Source of the DNA: an uncultured virus (IMG/VR IMGVR_UViG_3300033153_010090)
Taxonomy: Duplodnaviria; Heunggongvirae; Uroviricota; Caudoviricetes
Reading direction: 5' to 3' (one strand)
IMG/VR virus record: IMGVR_UViG_3300033153_010090
DNA: 64,000 bases
Shown here: in pieces, positions 18,578-28,939 of the stretch
Layout: each line of letters opens with the position of its first letter
How positions within the stretch are numbered: the stretch's first letter is position 1
Notes under the pieces: model-generated
The model's input: only the letters and a program-made list of their open reading frames with translations
The model's database searches: none
Told to the model about the DNA's origin: nothing
Made by a program: the position numbers and the translations under genes

Positions 18578-19981
18578 ATGCGGTTCCACCAGAAGGACCC
18601 CAACAAAGCCTACGTCACCAACAACCTCCTCCTCCCTCGTGCAATCATCAACGGCCACTCGGTCAAGACAGCCTGCACCTTCATCCTTGGGAACAAGGAG
18701 ACGGTGGTGGACCCAACTGGTGTGATCGTTGGCAAGGAGCCGGACACACTCGAGCTGTGGGACGAGACTACCCACCATCTCATAGTGCCCCGAGAGTTCA
18801 TCTCGGAGGAGGACCGGAAGCTCTACAACTTTGAGTTCATCGACCTAGCGCCCAAGAGCTTTCGGCAGACTGGGGTCACGCACAACATCACGTTCCGGGA
18901 CCAGCGTCAGGAGGAGGCCTTCGATGCTGTCATGGCCAACCCCAGCGGCACGCTCAACCTGCGTTGCGGGGGAGGCAAGACTGTCATCACGCTACGCGCA
19001 GTGGCTGAAGTAAGAGTACCTACCATCGTCGTCGTGAACGCAACTGCGCTACTCGATCAGTGGCTGGAAGAGATCGACACCCACCTCACCTGCCCTGCTG
19101 GCGTGGGGCTAATCCAGGGTCAGAAGTGGGACTGGGAAGGTCGTGACATCGTCATGGCCACCATCCAGACACTATCCACTGCCGTTAGCTCGCTGCCGCC
19201 TGAGTTCTTCGAGTATTTCGGGATGGCAGTCTACGACGAGGGTCACCACATGAGCGCACCGCTATTCGTCAGGGGCGCTCACGTGAGCTCAGGCCGAAGG
19301 CTCTGCCTCACGGCCACAGCCGAGCGCACGGACAACCTGCAAGCGATCTACCAGTACCACCTGGGGTCGGTCTACTACCGAGACCTGGAACAAGATCTGA
19401 TCCCACACACCACCTTCCACTACCTCGGGTGGGACATGCCGGAGCCGGACAAGAAGCTCATTCGAGACAAAGCAGGAGAGGTCAGCACACCTAAGATTCG
19501 TAGTTATCTCGGTACGTTAGATTGGAGGAATGAAATTATCATAGCTCTTCTGGAAGAAGACCTGAAGAGAGGAAGAACAGTCTTAGTTACCAGCCATTCC
19601 GTCCCTCATGTACTGGCGATGGCTGAGCTGTATGCAGCTGACAAAACGTACCCACCTACGGTCATCATCGGCAAGATAAAAGAAGGTCGGATCGAACTCC
19701 TACGACATGGCAACCCAGTCTTTGCCACCTTCCAGCTCGTGATGGAGGGACTCGACAAACCAGAGCTGGACACGCTGTATGTCACCACCACATTCGGCGC
19801 ACCCAACGCGGTGCAACAGGGATGGGGTCGCACACAGCGGCCGCTCGCTGGTAAGCAACAGCCCCTGGTGCGAGTGTTCGCGGACCGGTGCATCGGTCCC
19901 ACCCTCGGCCAGGCCAAGAACATCAAGAAGTTTCTCCGGGTGGTGAAGTACCCGTTCGACGAGGAGACAATCGATGTGTAA
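18578..19981 (+). CDS. Superfamily 2 DNA helicase (SSL2/XPB/UvsW-like)
   Basis: CGGGKT, DEGHH, TAT, EGLD.PELD, QGWGRTQR. Confidence 0.9.
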   Translation: MRFHQKDPNKAYVTNNLLLPRAIINGHSVKTACTFILGNKETVVDPTGVIVGKEPDTLELWDETTHHLIVPREFISEEDRKLYNFEFIDLAPKSFRQTGVTHNITFRDQRQEEAFDAVMANPSGTLNLRCGGGKTVITLRAVAEVRVPTIVVVNATALLDQWLEEIDTHLTCPAGVGLIQGQKWDWEGRDIVMATIQTLSTAVSSLPPEFFEYFGMAVYDEGHHMSAPLFVRGAHVSSGRRLCLTATAERTDNLQAIYQYHLGSVYYRDLEQDLIPHTTFHYLGWDMPEPDKKLIRDKAGEVSTPKIRSYLGTLDWRNEIIIALLEEDLKRGRTVLVTSHSVPHVLAMAELYAADKTYPPTVIIGKIKEGRIELLRHGNPVFATFQLVMEGLDKPELDTLYVTTTFGAPNAVQQGWGRTQRPLAGKQQPLVRVFADRCIGPTLGQAKNIKKFLRVVKYPFDEETIDV

Positions 19982-20651
19982 ACCGTGGACTCGAAAGTGG
20001 AAGACGCAGCAGCTCGAGGCTCTGCGCGAAGAGTGGAGCCCGTGCATTCAGTGCCGAGAGCTAGCGGCTCACCGCAGCAAGGTAGTCATGGGGTTCGGCA
20101 ACCCGATGGCTGACATCATGCTCATCGGCGCAAGCCCGGGTGAGGTGGAAGACGAGGAGGGCAAGCCGTTCCGCGGTCCGTCCGGGGACTTTCTGCGCGC
20201 CACCTTCAAAGCTCTGCACTACCCGATGCGGGAGCTCTTCCTGAGCAACGTACTCGCGTGCCGCCCGCCAGAGAACCGGGAGGGTGCGACGGACGAGAAG
20301 AAGAACTGCCGGTCACGGCTGCTCGAGGAGGTCTACATCGTCGACCCGAAGATCATCATCCTGGTTGGTCGAGAGGCGATGATCGCCATGCTGAGAGGGA
20401 GGGAGACCTCCATCGAGAAAGAGCGCGGACGCATGAAGACGCTCACCGTCCTGGGCAAGAAGTTTGAGCTTCGCTATGACTGCATCCCCATCTTTCACCC
20501 ATCGCACATTCTGCGCAACGAGCGCCCGGAGAAAGACGGGAAGTACGCAGACGACTCCGATGCGATGCGGACCTACCGAGACATCGAGCAGGCCGTGCGA
20601 ATCGTGGGGCACATCAATGGCGCCTACCGGCGCTACGAAGAGGAGTTTTGA
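19974..20651 (+). CDS. Uracil-DNA glycosylase family 4-like (4Fe-4S)
   Basis: CIQC, GASPGEVED.G.PF.GPSG, SNVLACRPPENR, FHPS. Confidence 0.88.
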   Translation: MCKPWTRKWKTQQLEALREEWSPCIQCRELAAHRSKVVMGFGNPMADIMLIGASPGEVEDEEGKPFRGPSGDFLRATFKALHYPMRELFLSNVLACRPPENREGATDEKKNCRSRLLEEVYIVDPKIIILVGREAMIAMLRGRETSIEKERGRMKTLTVLGKKFELRYDCIPIFHPSHILRNERPEKDGKYADDSDAMRTYRDIEQAVRIVGHINGAYRRYEEEF

Positions 20652-21367
20652 TGTTGACTTTGAAGAAGAAGAAGGCCGAGAATGGATCCAAGAAGGCCAA
20701 GAAACCGGCCCCACGCAAGAACGCCAGCAAGGCGCCAAACACCAGCACGGTGGAAAAGATGACCCCTTCCGACGCTCCCCAGGGCGAGACCACCCCCGAA
20801 ATCGAAGCCGCTCAAACCTCCGTCGCTCAGTTCGAGGAGCTACGCGAACAGTACACTGGCATGTGGAGCCAGTTCCAAACCGACTACCCCGAGGCCTACC
20901 AGCTTTTCTCCGCCATCGAAGAGGCGAAGAGCGACCTGCAGCAGCAGGTGCTGGAAACCAAGGAGTTCATCCGGGAGGCGAAGGTCTCCATCGGCGAGTT
21001 CGTCTGCACGCTGAAGTACACCAAGCCCAAGTACAACGCCGAGACGATGTTCGAGATCGTCGGCAAGCTGCTCAACACAGCTGGGGAGAATGCGCAGCTG
21101 TTGAGCAACAGCATCGAGGGTGCTGCCAACGGTGACAAGGAGCTGGAGATCGACGAGACGATGGACCAGCTCGCTACCGTGCAGAAGATGGTCGGCATGC
21201 TCATCGAGCTCATCCGCTCAGGCGCGCTCAAGGGTGTGCAGCTGGACCAGGCCGTGATGAAGGTCCTCATGCCCCGTGATGCAACTCTCTCTGGGACGTT
21301 CAACGACGCGTACGACCGGGGTGGCACACCGCTGACGCCCTCCATCGAGACACCGAAGGTTTCATGA
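20648..21367 (+). CDS. Hypothetical protein
   Basis: Coupled ORF with GAGGAG RBS; Lys-rich N-terminus. Confidence 0.75.
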   Translation: MMLTLKKKKAENGSKKAKKPAPRKNASKAPNTSTVEKMTPSDAPQGETTPEIEAAQTSVAQFEELREQYTGMWSQFQTDYPEAYQLFSAIEEAKSDLQQQVLETKEFIREAKVSIGEFVCTLKYTKPKYNAETMFEIVGKLLNTAGENAQLLSNSIEGAANGDKELEIDETMDQLATVQKMVGMLIELIRSGALKGVQLDQAVMKVLMPRDATLSGTFNDAYDRGGTPLTPSIETPKVS

Positions 21368-21882
21368 GCACGCAACCTGAGCACGAGGTGGTGGACCTCG
21401 AGCTGACATCCTTCATCCACCAGAGCAGACAGGCAACCAGCGCCGGCGACACGGTTATCAATGAGTGGGCCCGCGGCCCAGTAGAGGAGGAGTACATGGC
21501 GAAGATGGATGAGTTCATGGGGGACGGTACGGCGACAGTGACGGTCTCCGGCGCCCTCGCGCACAACGACTTCGGCAACAAGGCAGAAGCGTTCGTGTCG
21601 GTGCGACTGCCCTGCGGCGCGACGATGGAAGCCGTCATGGGCGCGCACGAGATCGCTCGGGGGATCGTGGAGGAGAAGTGCCGGGAGAACCTGGACCGCA
21701 TGGAGGAGATCCTGGGCGTCCCCCTCTCCGCCTCAGGTGGGGAAGCGGGCAAGGTTGCAGCCCCTTCGGTGGAGACGAAGCTCCCCACAAAGGCGACGAC
21801 TCCTCCCAAGAGGAAGATCACCATCAAGAAGCCTGGCAAGAAGACACCAGCCGGGCCGAAGCCGCCCAGTTTCGAGAGGTGA
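21364..21882 (+). CDS. Hypothetical protein
   Basis: ATGA overlap with the upstream gene. Confidence 0.75.
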   Translation: MSTQPEHEVVDLELTSFIHQSRQATSAGDTVINEWARGPVEEEYMAKMDEFMGDGTATVTVSGALAHNDFGNKAEAFVSVRLPCGATMEAVMGAHEIARGIVEEKCRENLDRMEEILGVPLSASGGEAGKVAAPSVETKLPTKATTPPKRKITIKKPGKKTPAGPKPPSFER

Positions 21883-21884
21883 GC

Positions 21885-22217
21885 ATGTTCAAGTTTCCAG
21901 CCGGCATTGCCGGCACCAAGATCGATGCGGTCCGCTGCCTCCAGGGGGAGTTCGCGTGGTACCCCATGCAGGAGAAGGCGGAGCTGACCATGGTCTACGC
22001 CAACGCCAAGACCGGAGAGACGTTTGGCTCTTGCCCCATGCGCGAGTCGTTGATGAGCAAGACCACGAAAGAAGCGATGGATAAGTTTCTGAGCTTGGCG
22101 GAGGAGGATTTCGCCGCGGCGCTCATGACCCAGTCGACTTCAGATAGCGACAAGGTGCATGAAGATGTCACTGCAGAGAGTAGTGGCGGCCTCGGTAATC
22201 CATTCAGGAGGGACTGA
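21885..22217 (+). CDS. Hypothetical protein
   Basis: GAGGTG RBS, ATG at 21885. Confidence 0.7.
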   Translation: MFKFPAGIAGTKIDAVRCLQGEFAWYPMQEKAELTMVYANAKTGETFGSCPMRESLMSKTTKEAMDKFLSLAEEDFAAALMTQSTSDSDKVHEDVTAESSGGLGNPFRRD

Positions 22218-23737
22218 TGGCGAGTCTGGACTTCCGGGTCATAAGCCAGATTCTCGCAGAGAAGGGGAACATGGGTCGCGGCCTCCGCGCTGGGATTCGA
22301 CCCGACACCTTCCAGGACCCGGATGCCAGGGCTATCTTCAGGTTCATCGAACAGCACTACCGGAACTCGGAGACCTTCAAGAAGGTCCCGCTCATGGAGA
22401 CGGTCGAGTCCCGTTACCCATCATTCCACCCGGCCATACGCTCTGAGGATCACGACAACATTGAGACCCTGATCAAGGAGCTGAAGGCCAAGGCGCTGTC
22501 CAACGACCTGACACGGTTGGCAGAGGAGTTCACAGAGCAAGTAGACGACGACCCGAGGGGAGCGCTACAGGCCATGATGAACTCCCTGCCCACCATCTCC
22601 CAGCGCTACCATTCGAGTGGTGGCTTTGGCATTCAGGACATCTACGAGGGCTTTGAACAACACTATGCCGACGCTGAGTCAGGCGCCATCTACGGCATCC
22701 CATGGATCTGGGATCCGCTCACGGAGGATACGCTCGGGAAGAACAAGGGGGACTTCACCGTCTTCTACGGCCGCATGAAGTCGATGAAGACCTGGATGCT
22801 CCTCGCCAACATGGCTGCGGACTACGCCCTGTTCAACGCCAGGGTGTTGTTCTGGAGTCGAGAGATGGACCAGCGCAAGCTCGTCCTTCGTATGGCATCC
22901 ATCCTTGCAGGTGTTGACTACCAGCTCCTCAAGAAGGCGAAGCTGCCGCGCCCCTTGTTCCAACGGGCACGAGAGATATTGAAGCAGCTGACCATCGAGA
23001 CCCACAAGGCTCGTGAGGACCCGCGTAACCGTGTGAAGAGCGGGATTCGAGACATCATCCTGCTAGCGGGTCGCCACGCGCCGAAGACGTTCGAAGAGTT
23101 CATGGTCGAAATCGACCGCTACCAACCTGATGTGGTGTACGTCGACTCCTTCTACCACATGGAGTCGGGTCGCACGTCTCCAAAGATGGCTCATTGGCTC
23201 AAGGTCCAGTGCATCGCTGAGGACCTCAAGGGGTTGGCTCTCGACGAGGAAGTTCCCATCATCGGTGCAGCCCAGGCCAACCGTGAGGGTGAAAAGGGTA
23301 TGGGTGGGAACCTGACAGAGATGGCCGGCTCTGACGCCATCGGTCGAGAGTGTGACCACGCCATCCGTGTCATCAAGCGCCCTCGGAACCTGGTGTTGAA
23401 CGAACCAGAGTACGAGGGTGGGGCTCACTACGCGCGCGGCAAAGTGCTGCTACCTCACCAGCGTGACGCAGACGACAAGCCTGTGCGCGTCGGTGCTGAA
23501 TTGGCACTGGTTCTCCCAGGCAACCGTGAGGGGACGCTTGAGGGATTCAGGATCCACGCCGTGCCTGGATACAACTGGCAGTTCATCGACTTTCTCACAG
23601 TCGAGCAGGTCAAGCTATGGATAGAGGAGGACACGAAAGAGGCCAAGCGTGAAGCGGCCATGATGTTGGGCAAGGACGCGTCAACGAAGCGAAGGAAACA
23701 GGCTGAGATGAACGAAGTCGGAGGCTTTAGGAAATGA
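22217..23737 (+). CDS. dnaB: DnaB-like replicative helicase
   Basis: Walker A GRMKSMKT, WSREM, Walker B VVYVDS, AAQANR, GSDAIGRECD. Confidence 0.88.
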   Translation: MASLDFRVISQILAEKGNMGRGLRAGIRPDTFQDPDARAIFRFIEQHYRNSETFKKVPLMETVESRYPSFHPAIRSEDHDNIETLIKELKAKALSNDLTRLAEEFTEQVDDDPRGALQAMMNSLPTISQRYHSSGGFGIQDIYEGFEQHYADAESGAIYGIPWIWDPLTEDTLGKNKGDFTVFYGRMKSMKTWMLLANMAADYALFNARVLFWSREMDQRKLVLRMASILAGVDYQLLKKAKLPRPLFQRAREILKQLTIETHKAREDPRNRVKSGIRDIILLAGRHAPKTFEEFMVEIDRYQPDVVYVDSFYHMESGRTSPKMAHWLKVQCIAEDLKGLALDEEVPIIGAAQANREGEKGMGGNLTEMAGSDAIGRECDHAIRVIKRPRNLVLNEPEYEGGAHYARGKVLLPHQRDADDKPVRVGAELALVLPGNREGTLEGFRIHAVPGYNWQFIDFLTVEQVKLWIEEDTKEAKREAAMMLGKDASTKRRKQAEMNEVGGFRK

Positions 23738-24741
23738 TCTCCGGTGTCATCGACGAGATTGTGAACAACAACTTCCGTCTCGTCCGAGCCCGCGACCAGT
23801 ACATGTCGGCCGCATGCCCTTTCCACAAAGAGGGGCAGGAGCGACACCCGTCGTTCTGGGTCAACCGCATTACTGGTGAGTGGGGATGCTTCGCCTGCCA
23901 TGTTCACGGCGCCGATGTCAAGGAGCTGATGAACAAGATCGGCGTGAAGGGCACGCTGCGCGTCGATGCTCTGTTGGAAGAGGCGAAGAAGGATTCCAAG
24001 CTCGCCATGGCTCGCCAGAAGAGGGAAGCCAAGAAGAAGGCCAAGCTGAAGTTCCGGGGCCAGGAGACTCTACCAGAATCCCTGCTGGGGGTGTTCAACT
24101 GGCTTCCGACGGAGTTAATGGACTCAGGGTTCACCGAGGAGGTGCTGAAAGGGCACGACATAGGATTCGACCGAGAGAGGGGCAACATCACGTTCCCTCT
24201 TCGAGATCTGTACGGGAACCTCATCGGCTTCAGTGGTCGTCAACCTGAAGGGTGCCACCCGAAGTACAAGATCTACTCTGGCAAGAAAGTGGTGGACGGC
24301 AAGACTCGGGACAACGAGCTGGGTGAATGGTTCCCCGAGTACGGCAGTGTTGATCCACGCGACCACCTGTGGCGTGCGTGGCTCTTCTTCAACGAGCTCT
24401 TCAACGATGAGTTCCACCAGCTCATCATCGTCGAGGGGTTCAAGGCGGCACTCTGGATGGTGCAGCATGGTTGGTTCCACACGGGTGCACTCATCGGCTC
24501 GTCCATGACCAAGCAGCAGGAGAAGATCATCAAGACGATGGGCGCCGACGTCTGGGTGTTCGGCGACAACGACGACGCAGGCCAAAGCATGACCTACAAG
24601 GTATCCCGGCGGTTGGCCCGCAGCTCTTTCAACGTGTACGAGTGCGTCTACCCAGAGGGGCACGAAGACGACCAGCCGGACGATCTACGACCTGAAGAAA
24701 TCGAGGAAGTTCTATCGACAGCATGTCGAGTTGGAGGTTGA
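23734..24741 (+). CDS. dnaG: DnaG-type DNA primase
   Basis: CPFH...PSF...CFAC zinc finger, FSGR...KY, Toprim VEG and DNDDAG. Confidence 0.92.
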   Translation: MISGVIDEIVNNNFRLVRARDQYMSAACPFHKEGQERHPSFWVNRITGEWGCFACHVHGADVKELMNKIGVKGTLRVDALLEEAKKDSKLAMARQKREAKKKAKLKFRGQETLPESLLGVFNWLPTELMDSGFTEEVLKGHDIGFDRERGNITFPLRDLYGNLIGFSGRQPEGCHPKYKIYSGKKVVDGKTRDNELGEWFPEYGSVDPRDHLWRAWLFFNELFNDEFHQLIIVEGFKAALWMVQHGWFHTGALIGSSMTKQQEKIIKTMGADVWVFGDNDDAGQSMTYKVSRRLARSSFNVYECVYPEGHEDDQPDDLRPEEIEEVLSTACRVGG

Positions 24742-24742
24742 T

Positions 24743-25915
24743 ATGTCGGATTGGAGACAGGGACGCCGGAAGACCAAGGAAGAACGCGCCAAGCGCCCCC
24801 CACGCGGACCCAAGTTGTTCCACCTTCGTTGGAAGCCCCAGGTGCGGCCCATGAAGCTGCACTTCCAGCGGCCGGAGAAGCCCTACGAGGACCGGTTCAA
24901 CCCGGGACTCAAGTTTTGGTGGCTTCGTGGCAAGGCTCACTGGGTTCCCAGCGCCAGGCGCGTCAACCAGTGCAGCACGGACCAGTGCATCGTGTGTGCT
25001 GGTGCCAACCCTCAGGAGTTTGGCCTGGATCTGTCGCCCAACCTGGACCTGGGCAAGCTCGAGCCGAAGGGTTTCACCGCGGCTTCGGGTTGGATCGAGG
25101 AATGGTTCCATCTTCGGGAGAAGAAGCGCGAAGGTGGTGACGGCTACTACAAGGTCCGTGAGCTGTGCGAGGGCCGCGACTGTGATGGCTGCCGCGACAA
25201 CGTCCCCCGCGTGTACGGCCAGCGGTTCTACTGCGCCTTCTCCGAGGCCCAGTGGAGCAACTGCATCGAGCCTCTCATGGAGAAGATCGAGCGCAACTGC
25301 CGCTGTGGTGGGTACCTGTACCCCTCCCACTACGGCTGCCGCAAGTGCGGTGGGAAGCTGTTCGACATGACCAACAGCTGTCCTCACTGCGGCGATGGCA
25401 TCGATGTCGACCTGGACCCGGACACCCACTCCGCGGAATGCTCGAAGTGCAACCGGCAGTGGAGCCTCCTGGAGTACGAGGACGAGAAGCTCGGTGACAT
25501 GGCCGACTCGCTCTTCAAGTGCGCCGAGTGTGGGCATGAGGACTACCCCAAGGTGAAGCTCATCTGCTCCAACAGCTGCCAAGAAGATGGCGATCCCCAC
25601 GACATCTACGACAGCCAGATCATCCTCCGCAAGGACAGCGACAAGGACCAGTACAACCTGGTGTCCAATGGCTTCAAGATCCAGGAGCCAAACCCCAAGC
25701 TGTTCGACGCGCAGCACCAGGGGGGTGACGACGCAGCGGCCAAGATCGTGGAGTACCACAAGGAGTGTCTGGACCTGGACAAGCTCATGCCGCTCCTTGC
25801 ACCGCACGCTCAGTCCCGGGAGCTTCACATGAAGAACCCGTGGGGTGACGTGCCAAGCGACACGACGCACAAGAGGTACTCGGGTACCCCTGGTGATCGA
25901 GGCTCTGACGAGTAA
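24743..25915 (+). CDS. Multi-zinc replication protein, possibly ssDNA-binding
   Basis: Many CxxC pairs; lies between primase and polymerase; GGAGG RBS. Confidence 0.6.
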   Translation: MSDWRQGRRKTKEERAKRPPRGPKLFHLRWKPQVRPMKLHFQRPEKPYEDRFNPGLKFWWLRGKAHWVPSARRVNQCSTDQCIVCAGANPQEFGLDLSPNLDLGKLEPKGFTAASGWIEEWFHLREKKREGGDGYYKVRELCEGRDCDGCRDNVPRVYGQRFYCAFSEAQWSNCIEPLMEKIERNCRCGGYLYPSHYGCRKCGGKLFDMTNSCPHCGDGIDVDLDPDTHSAECSKCNRQWSLLEYEDEKLGDMADSLFKCAECGHEDYPKVKLICSNSCQEDGDPHDIYDSQIILRKDSDKDQYNLVSNGFKIQEPNPKLFDAQHQGGDDAAAKIVEYHKECLDLDKLMPLLAPHAQSRELHMKNPWGDVPSDTTHKRYSGTPGDRGSDE

Positions 25916-25930
25916 TTGACCGCGGGCAAA

Positions 25931-25968
25931 CGGCGGACCCGGGAATAGGCCCGGGCCGCCTGGCCTTT
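25931..25968 (+). terminator. Possible hairpin/terminator
   Basis: GGCGGACCCGGG...CCCGGGCCGCC then CCTTTT. Confidence 0.4.
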
Positions 25969-25978
25969 TGAGGAGCAC

Positions 25979-28099
25979 ATGGGACAGGAATTCAACCTGG
26001 AGGTCCCCTACCCGTTGCTAGTTGAAGGCGACGAGGAGGCCGAAGCCGTGATGGAGCTCTGGTACGAGAAGGCCAGGCTCTACCCGGATGAACCGTTCGG
26101 GTTTGACACCGAGACCCACGGCATGAAGATCGAATGGGAGACAATCAACGACCGTGGAGAGACGAAGAAGAAGGACCTTGGCCTGGACTGGATGAACGAC
26201 ACCATCCTCTTCTGGTCGCTCTCTGCTCGCATGGACCGAGACCTGCAACCTCAGTGGGAAGCCTACCTCCAGAAGTACCACCCCGAAGCTCTCGTGGATG
26301 GCTACGGCGACCCGATTCCTGCCGAACCCTACGGCCGCTGGTGTATTCGGCGGGAATGTCTCCCGATTCACGCCCCTTTCCTTGAAGACCCACGCATCCT
26401 ACTGGTGACGTGGAACGGCAAGTACGACGCCCACGTGTCGTTCAACTCTCGCATCTACGTGTGGAACACGGATCGCGATGAAAATGGTCGGATGCGCCGG
26501 CGCTACCTCGACCTCATGATCGCGGGCTACCTGCACGACGAGAACCTGCAGGGGAAGATGACGCTGAAAGACCGCGCCAAGGCATGGTGTGGCCTACAGA
26601 TGACCCCCTACAAGGATCTTTTCGACTACGACGTTGATGGCAAGAAGGCGGTGGAGTACAAGACCAGCCTCCTCGAGCTACCCATCGACAAGGTGTCAGA
26701 CTACGCGAGCTACGATGCCTACGCGACGCTCAGGCTCTTCGATGTCCTCAAGGAGAAGCTCTCCGCAGAAATCATCGAGCCTGGTTACACCATGTGGAAC
26801 TACTTTCTGGACATGGAGGTGTCAGTCACAGAGGCTCTGTGGCGCATGGAGCGCCGCGGGATGCTCATCGATCAAGACCAGCTGGGGGAGGTTCTCCCTC
26901 GCATCACCGAAGCCATCAACGTATTGCACGGCGAGCTGAACCAGGAGTTCGGCTCGTTCGTCAACGTCAACTCGCCTAAGCAGCTCACCGAGTTCTTCTT
27001 TGGTCCGGACTCAGAGCGCAAGTACAAGATGGTCAAGCCGACCAAGAAGGGTGGGTCTGTTCCCAGCACAGACGCTGAGGTGATGGAGCGGCTTGCTGCA
27101 GAGCACCAGGACCCTGTGGCCCGGGGCATCATCAAGTTCCGCAAGGTCGGCAAGATCAAGAGCACCTACGTGGAGCCGCTGACCAAGCTGACCAAGCACT
27201 ACGGTGACGACCGCATCCACCCGGGGTTCAACCAGTACGGCGCCCGCACCGGCCGCTTCTCTACGAAGACCCCCAACAGCCAGAACATGCCTCGCCCGGA
27301 CGGGGATGTGTACGGCATCAGAAAGATGTTCATCGCTCCTAAGGGCAAGGTCCTGATCGTGTCTGACTACGAGCAGTTGGAGATGCGCATCATGGCGCAC
27401 TTCAGCCAGGACAAGAAGATGGTCGACGCCATTCGGGATGGCATGGACCTGCACTGCTTCACTGTCTCCCTCATGAACAACATCCCATACGACGAGGCCA
27501 TCGCGGCCAAGAAGGCCGACGACCCTACGGAGGAGCAAAAGGAGTTGAAGCGGTTACGGCAGGCGGCCAAGGCCATTGGCTTCGGGCTCATCTACGGTGC
27601 TGGCGCTCTGAACATCGCAGGTCAGCTCGAGATCTCGAAGACAGAGGCACAAGAGAAGATCACCGCCTACTTCCGCGCGTTCCCAGGTGTGGCCGCCTTC
27701 ATCGACTACACCCATGAAAGGTGCCGCGAGAACGAATACGTCTCCACGCTCCTCGGGCGTCGTCGTCGCCTACCTCAGATCAACAACAAGATCTTCATGC
27801 AGAGGAGCACCGCCGAACGCGAGTCAGTGAACTCGATCATTCAGGGCACTGCCGCGGACATCACCAAGGCCGCCATGATCAACATCGAGTTCGACGACTG
27901 GCTGTGTGTCAACGGCGTCTTCATGCTGAACCAGATCCACGATGAGTTGGTGATGGAAGTGCCAGAAGAGAACGCCGAGGCCGCCATGCCTCGCATCATT
28001 GCCCACATGGAGCGGCCGCTCGACCCAGACGAAGACCCGCTCATCGTGCCCACTCCTGTAGATGCGAAGATTGTCACATGCTGGGCAGACGCAAAGTGA
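25979..28099 (+). CDS. polA: Family A DNA polymerase with 3'-5' exonuclease
   Basis: DTET, NGKYD, YASYD; RTGRFS..PN.QN; DYEQLE; RQAAKAIGFGLIYG; IQGTAAD; IHDEL. Confidence 0.96.
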   Translation: MGQEFNLEVPYPLLVEGDEEAEAVMELWYEKARLYPDEPFGFDTETHGMKIEWETINDRGETKKKDLGLDWMNDTILFWSLSARMDRDLQPQWEAYLQKYHPEALVDGYGDPIPAEPYGRWCIRRECLPIHAPFLEDPRILLVTWNGKYDAHVSFNSRIYVWNTDRDENGRMRRRYLDLMIAGYLHDENLQGKMTLKDRAKAWCGLQMTPYKDLFDYDVDGKKAVEYKTSLLELPIDKVSDYASYDAYATLRLFDVLKEKLSAEIIEPGYTMWNYFLDMEVSVTEALWRMERRGMLIDQDQLGEVLPRITEAINVLHGELNQEFGSFVNVNSPKQLTEFFFGPDSERKYKMVKPTKKGGSVPSTDAEVMERLAAEHQDPVARGIIKFRKVGKIKSTYVEPLTKLTKHYGDDRIHPGFNQYGARTGRFSTKTPNSQNMPRPDGDVYGIRKMFIAPKGKVLIVSDYEQLEMRIMAHFSQDKKMVDAIRDGMDLHCFTVSLMNNIPYDEAIAAKKADDPTEEQKELKRLRQAAKAIGFGLIYGAGALNIAGQLEISKTEAQEKITAYFRAFPGVAAFIDYTHERCRENEYVSTLLGRRRRLPQINNKIFMQRSTAERESVNSIIQGTAADITKAAMINIEFDDWLCVNGVFMLNQIHDELVMEVPEENAEAAMPRIIAHMERPLDPDEDPLIVPTPVDAKIVTCWADAK

Positions 28100-28542
28100 C
28101 CAGTCGACGCACATGGTTCCCTCGGAACCTTGCCCGGGACATCAGCCAACGCACAGAAACACCGTACGAGTTGGTGTGGACGGTGATGGAGGAACTAAAC
28201 ACACTCATGGCGAACGCCCTCGATGCTGGAGAGTCTGTTCGACTCATTGGTGTCGGGGTGCTTCGCTGGGAGAAGCTGAAGCCACAACGGACATTCGATA
28301 TGACCCGCGGTGAGTGGGTCAACAAACCGGAGAGACTCAAGCTGAAGTTCACGCCTGTGCGTGAGCTCAGGAGGTCGAGAGACATGGAGAAATACGGCGT
28401 GGTCACGGATGACCCAACGAAAGAAGCCGAGGAGGGCAAGGACCCCACGAAGTGCCCTATCTGTGGCGAGACCCTCGACGGGGGTGGCGCCTGTCCTGTG
28501 CATGGCACCGAGCCGTTCGAGAAGAAGGATCGGAATGAGTAA
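28096..28542 (+). CDS. HU/IHF-family DNA-binding protein fused to a zinc ribbon
   Basis: ALDAGESVRLIGVG...TRGE..KFTP..LR; C-terminal CPIC..CPVHG. Confidence 0.75.
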   Translation: MTSRRTWFPRNLARDISQRTETPYELVWTVMEELNTLMANALDAGESVRLIGVGVLRWEKLKPQRTFDMTRGEWVNKPERLKLKFTPVRELRRSRDMEKYGVVTDDPTKEAEEGKDPTKCPICGETLDGGGACPVHGTEPFEKKDRNE

Positions 28543-28939
28543 CCCAGTTGCCTACGGCTGTGCTGAGTGCGGCACCATCTTCACCACCGCGGTGATGGTG
28601 TGTCCATGTCCGGTACCGGAGACACACCATTGTCCTACTTGTGGCAGCACGGCCACGGAGCTGGGGCCAACCCCTCAGATCACCCGTGACGACGACGGGT
28701 ACTACCTCGTAGTCGCAGAGCGCGCGATGGGGCCGTACACAACCGCTAGCACAGCGCAGCTCAACCTGTGGGGCTGGTTCGGAGGGAGACCTGATGGCAA
28801 TCGCCTTGAAGAAGGGCGCCAAGAAGGCGGCCAAGAAGACTGTGAAGAAGTCTGTGAAGAAGAGTACGACGAAGGCTACTACCAAAGCCTCAGGCTCTGG
28901 CAGCGCCAAGGGGTCATCGTCCCCGAAGGCGAAGCCTAG
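28535..28939 (+). CDS. Hypothetical zinc-ribbon protein
   Basis: CAEC, CPTC; 3' end overlaps recA by 146 nt. Confidence 0.5.
   Translation: MSNPVAYGCAECGTIFTTAVMVCPCPVPETHHCPTCGSTATELGPTPQITRDDDGYYLVVAERAMGPYTTASTAQLNLWGWFGGRPDGNRLEEGRQEGGQEDCEEVCEEEYDEGYYQSLRLWQRQGVIVPEGEA

Noticed and set aside
25979..28099. Inteins or self-splicing introns in PolA, DnaB, RecA or RNAP
   Set aside because: Conserved motifs are contiguous, and no intein or homing-endonuclease motifs were seen.
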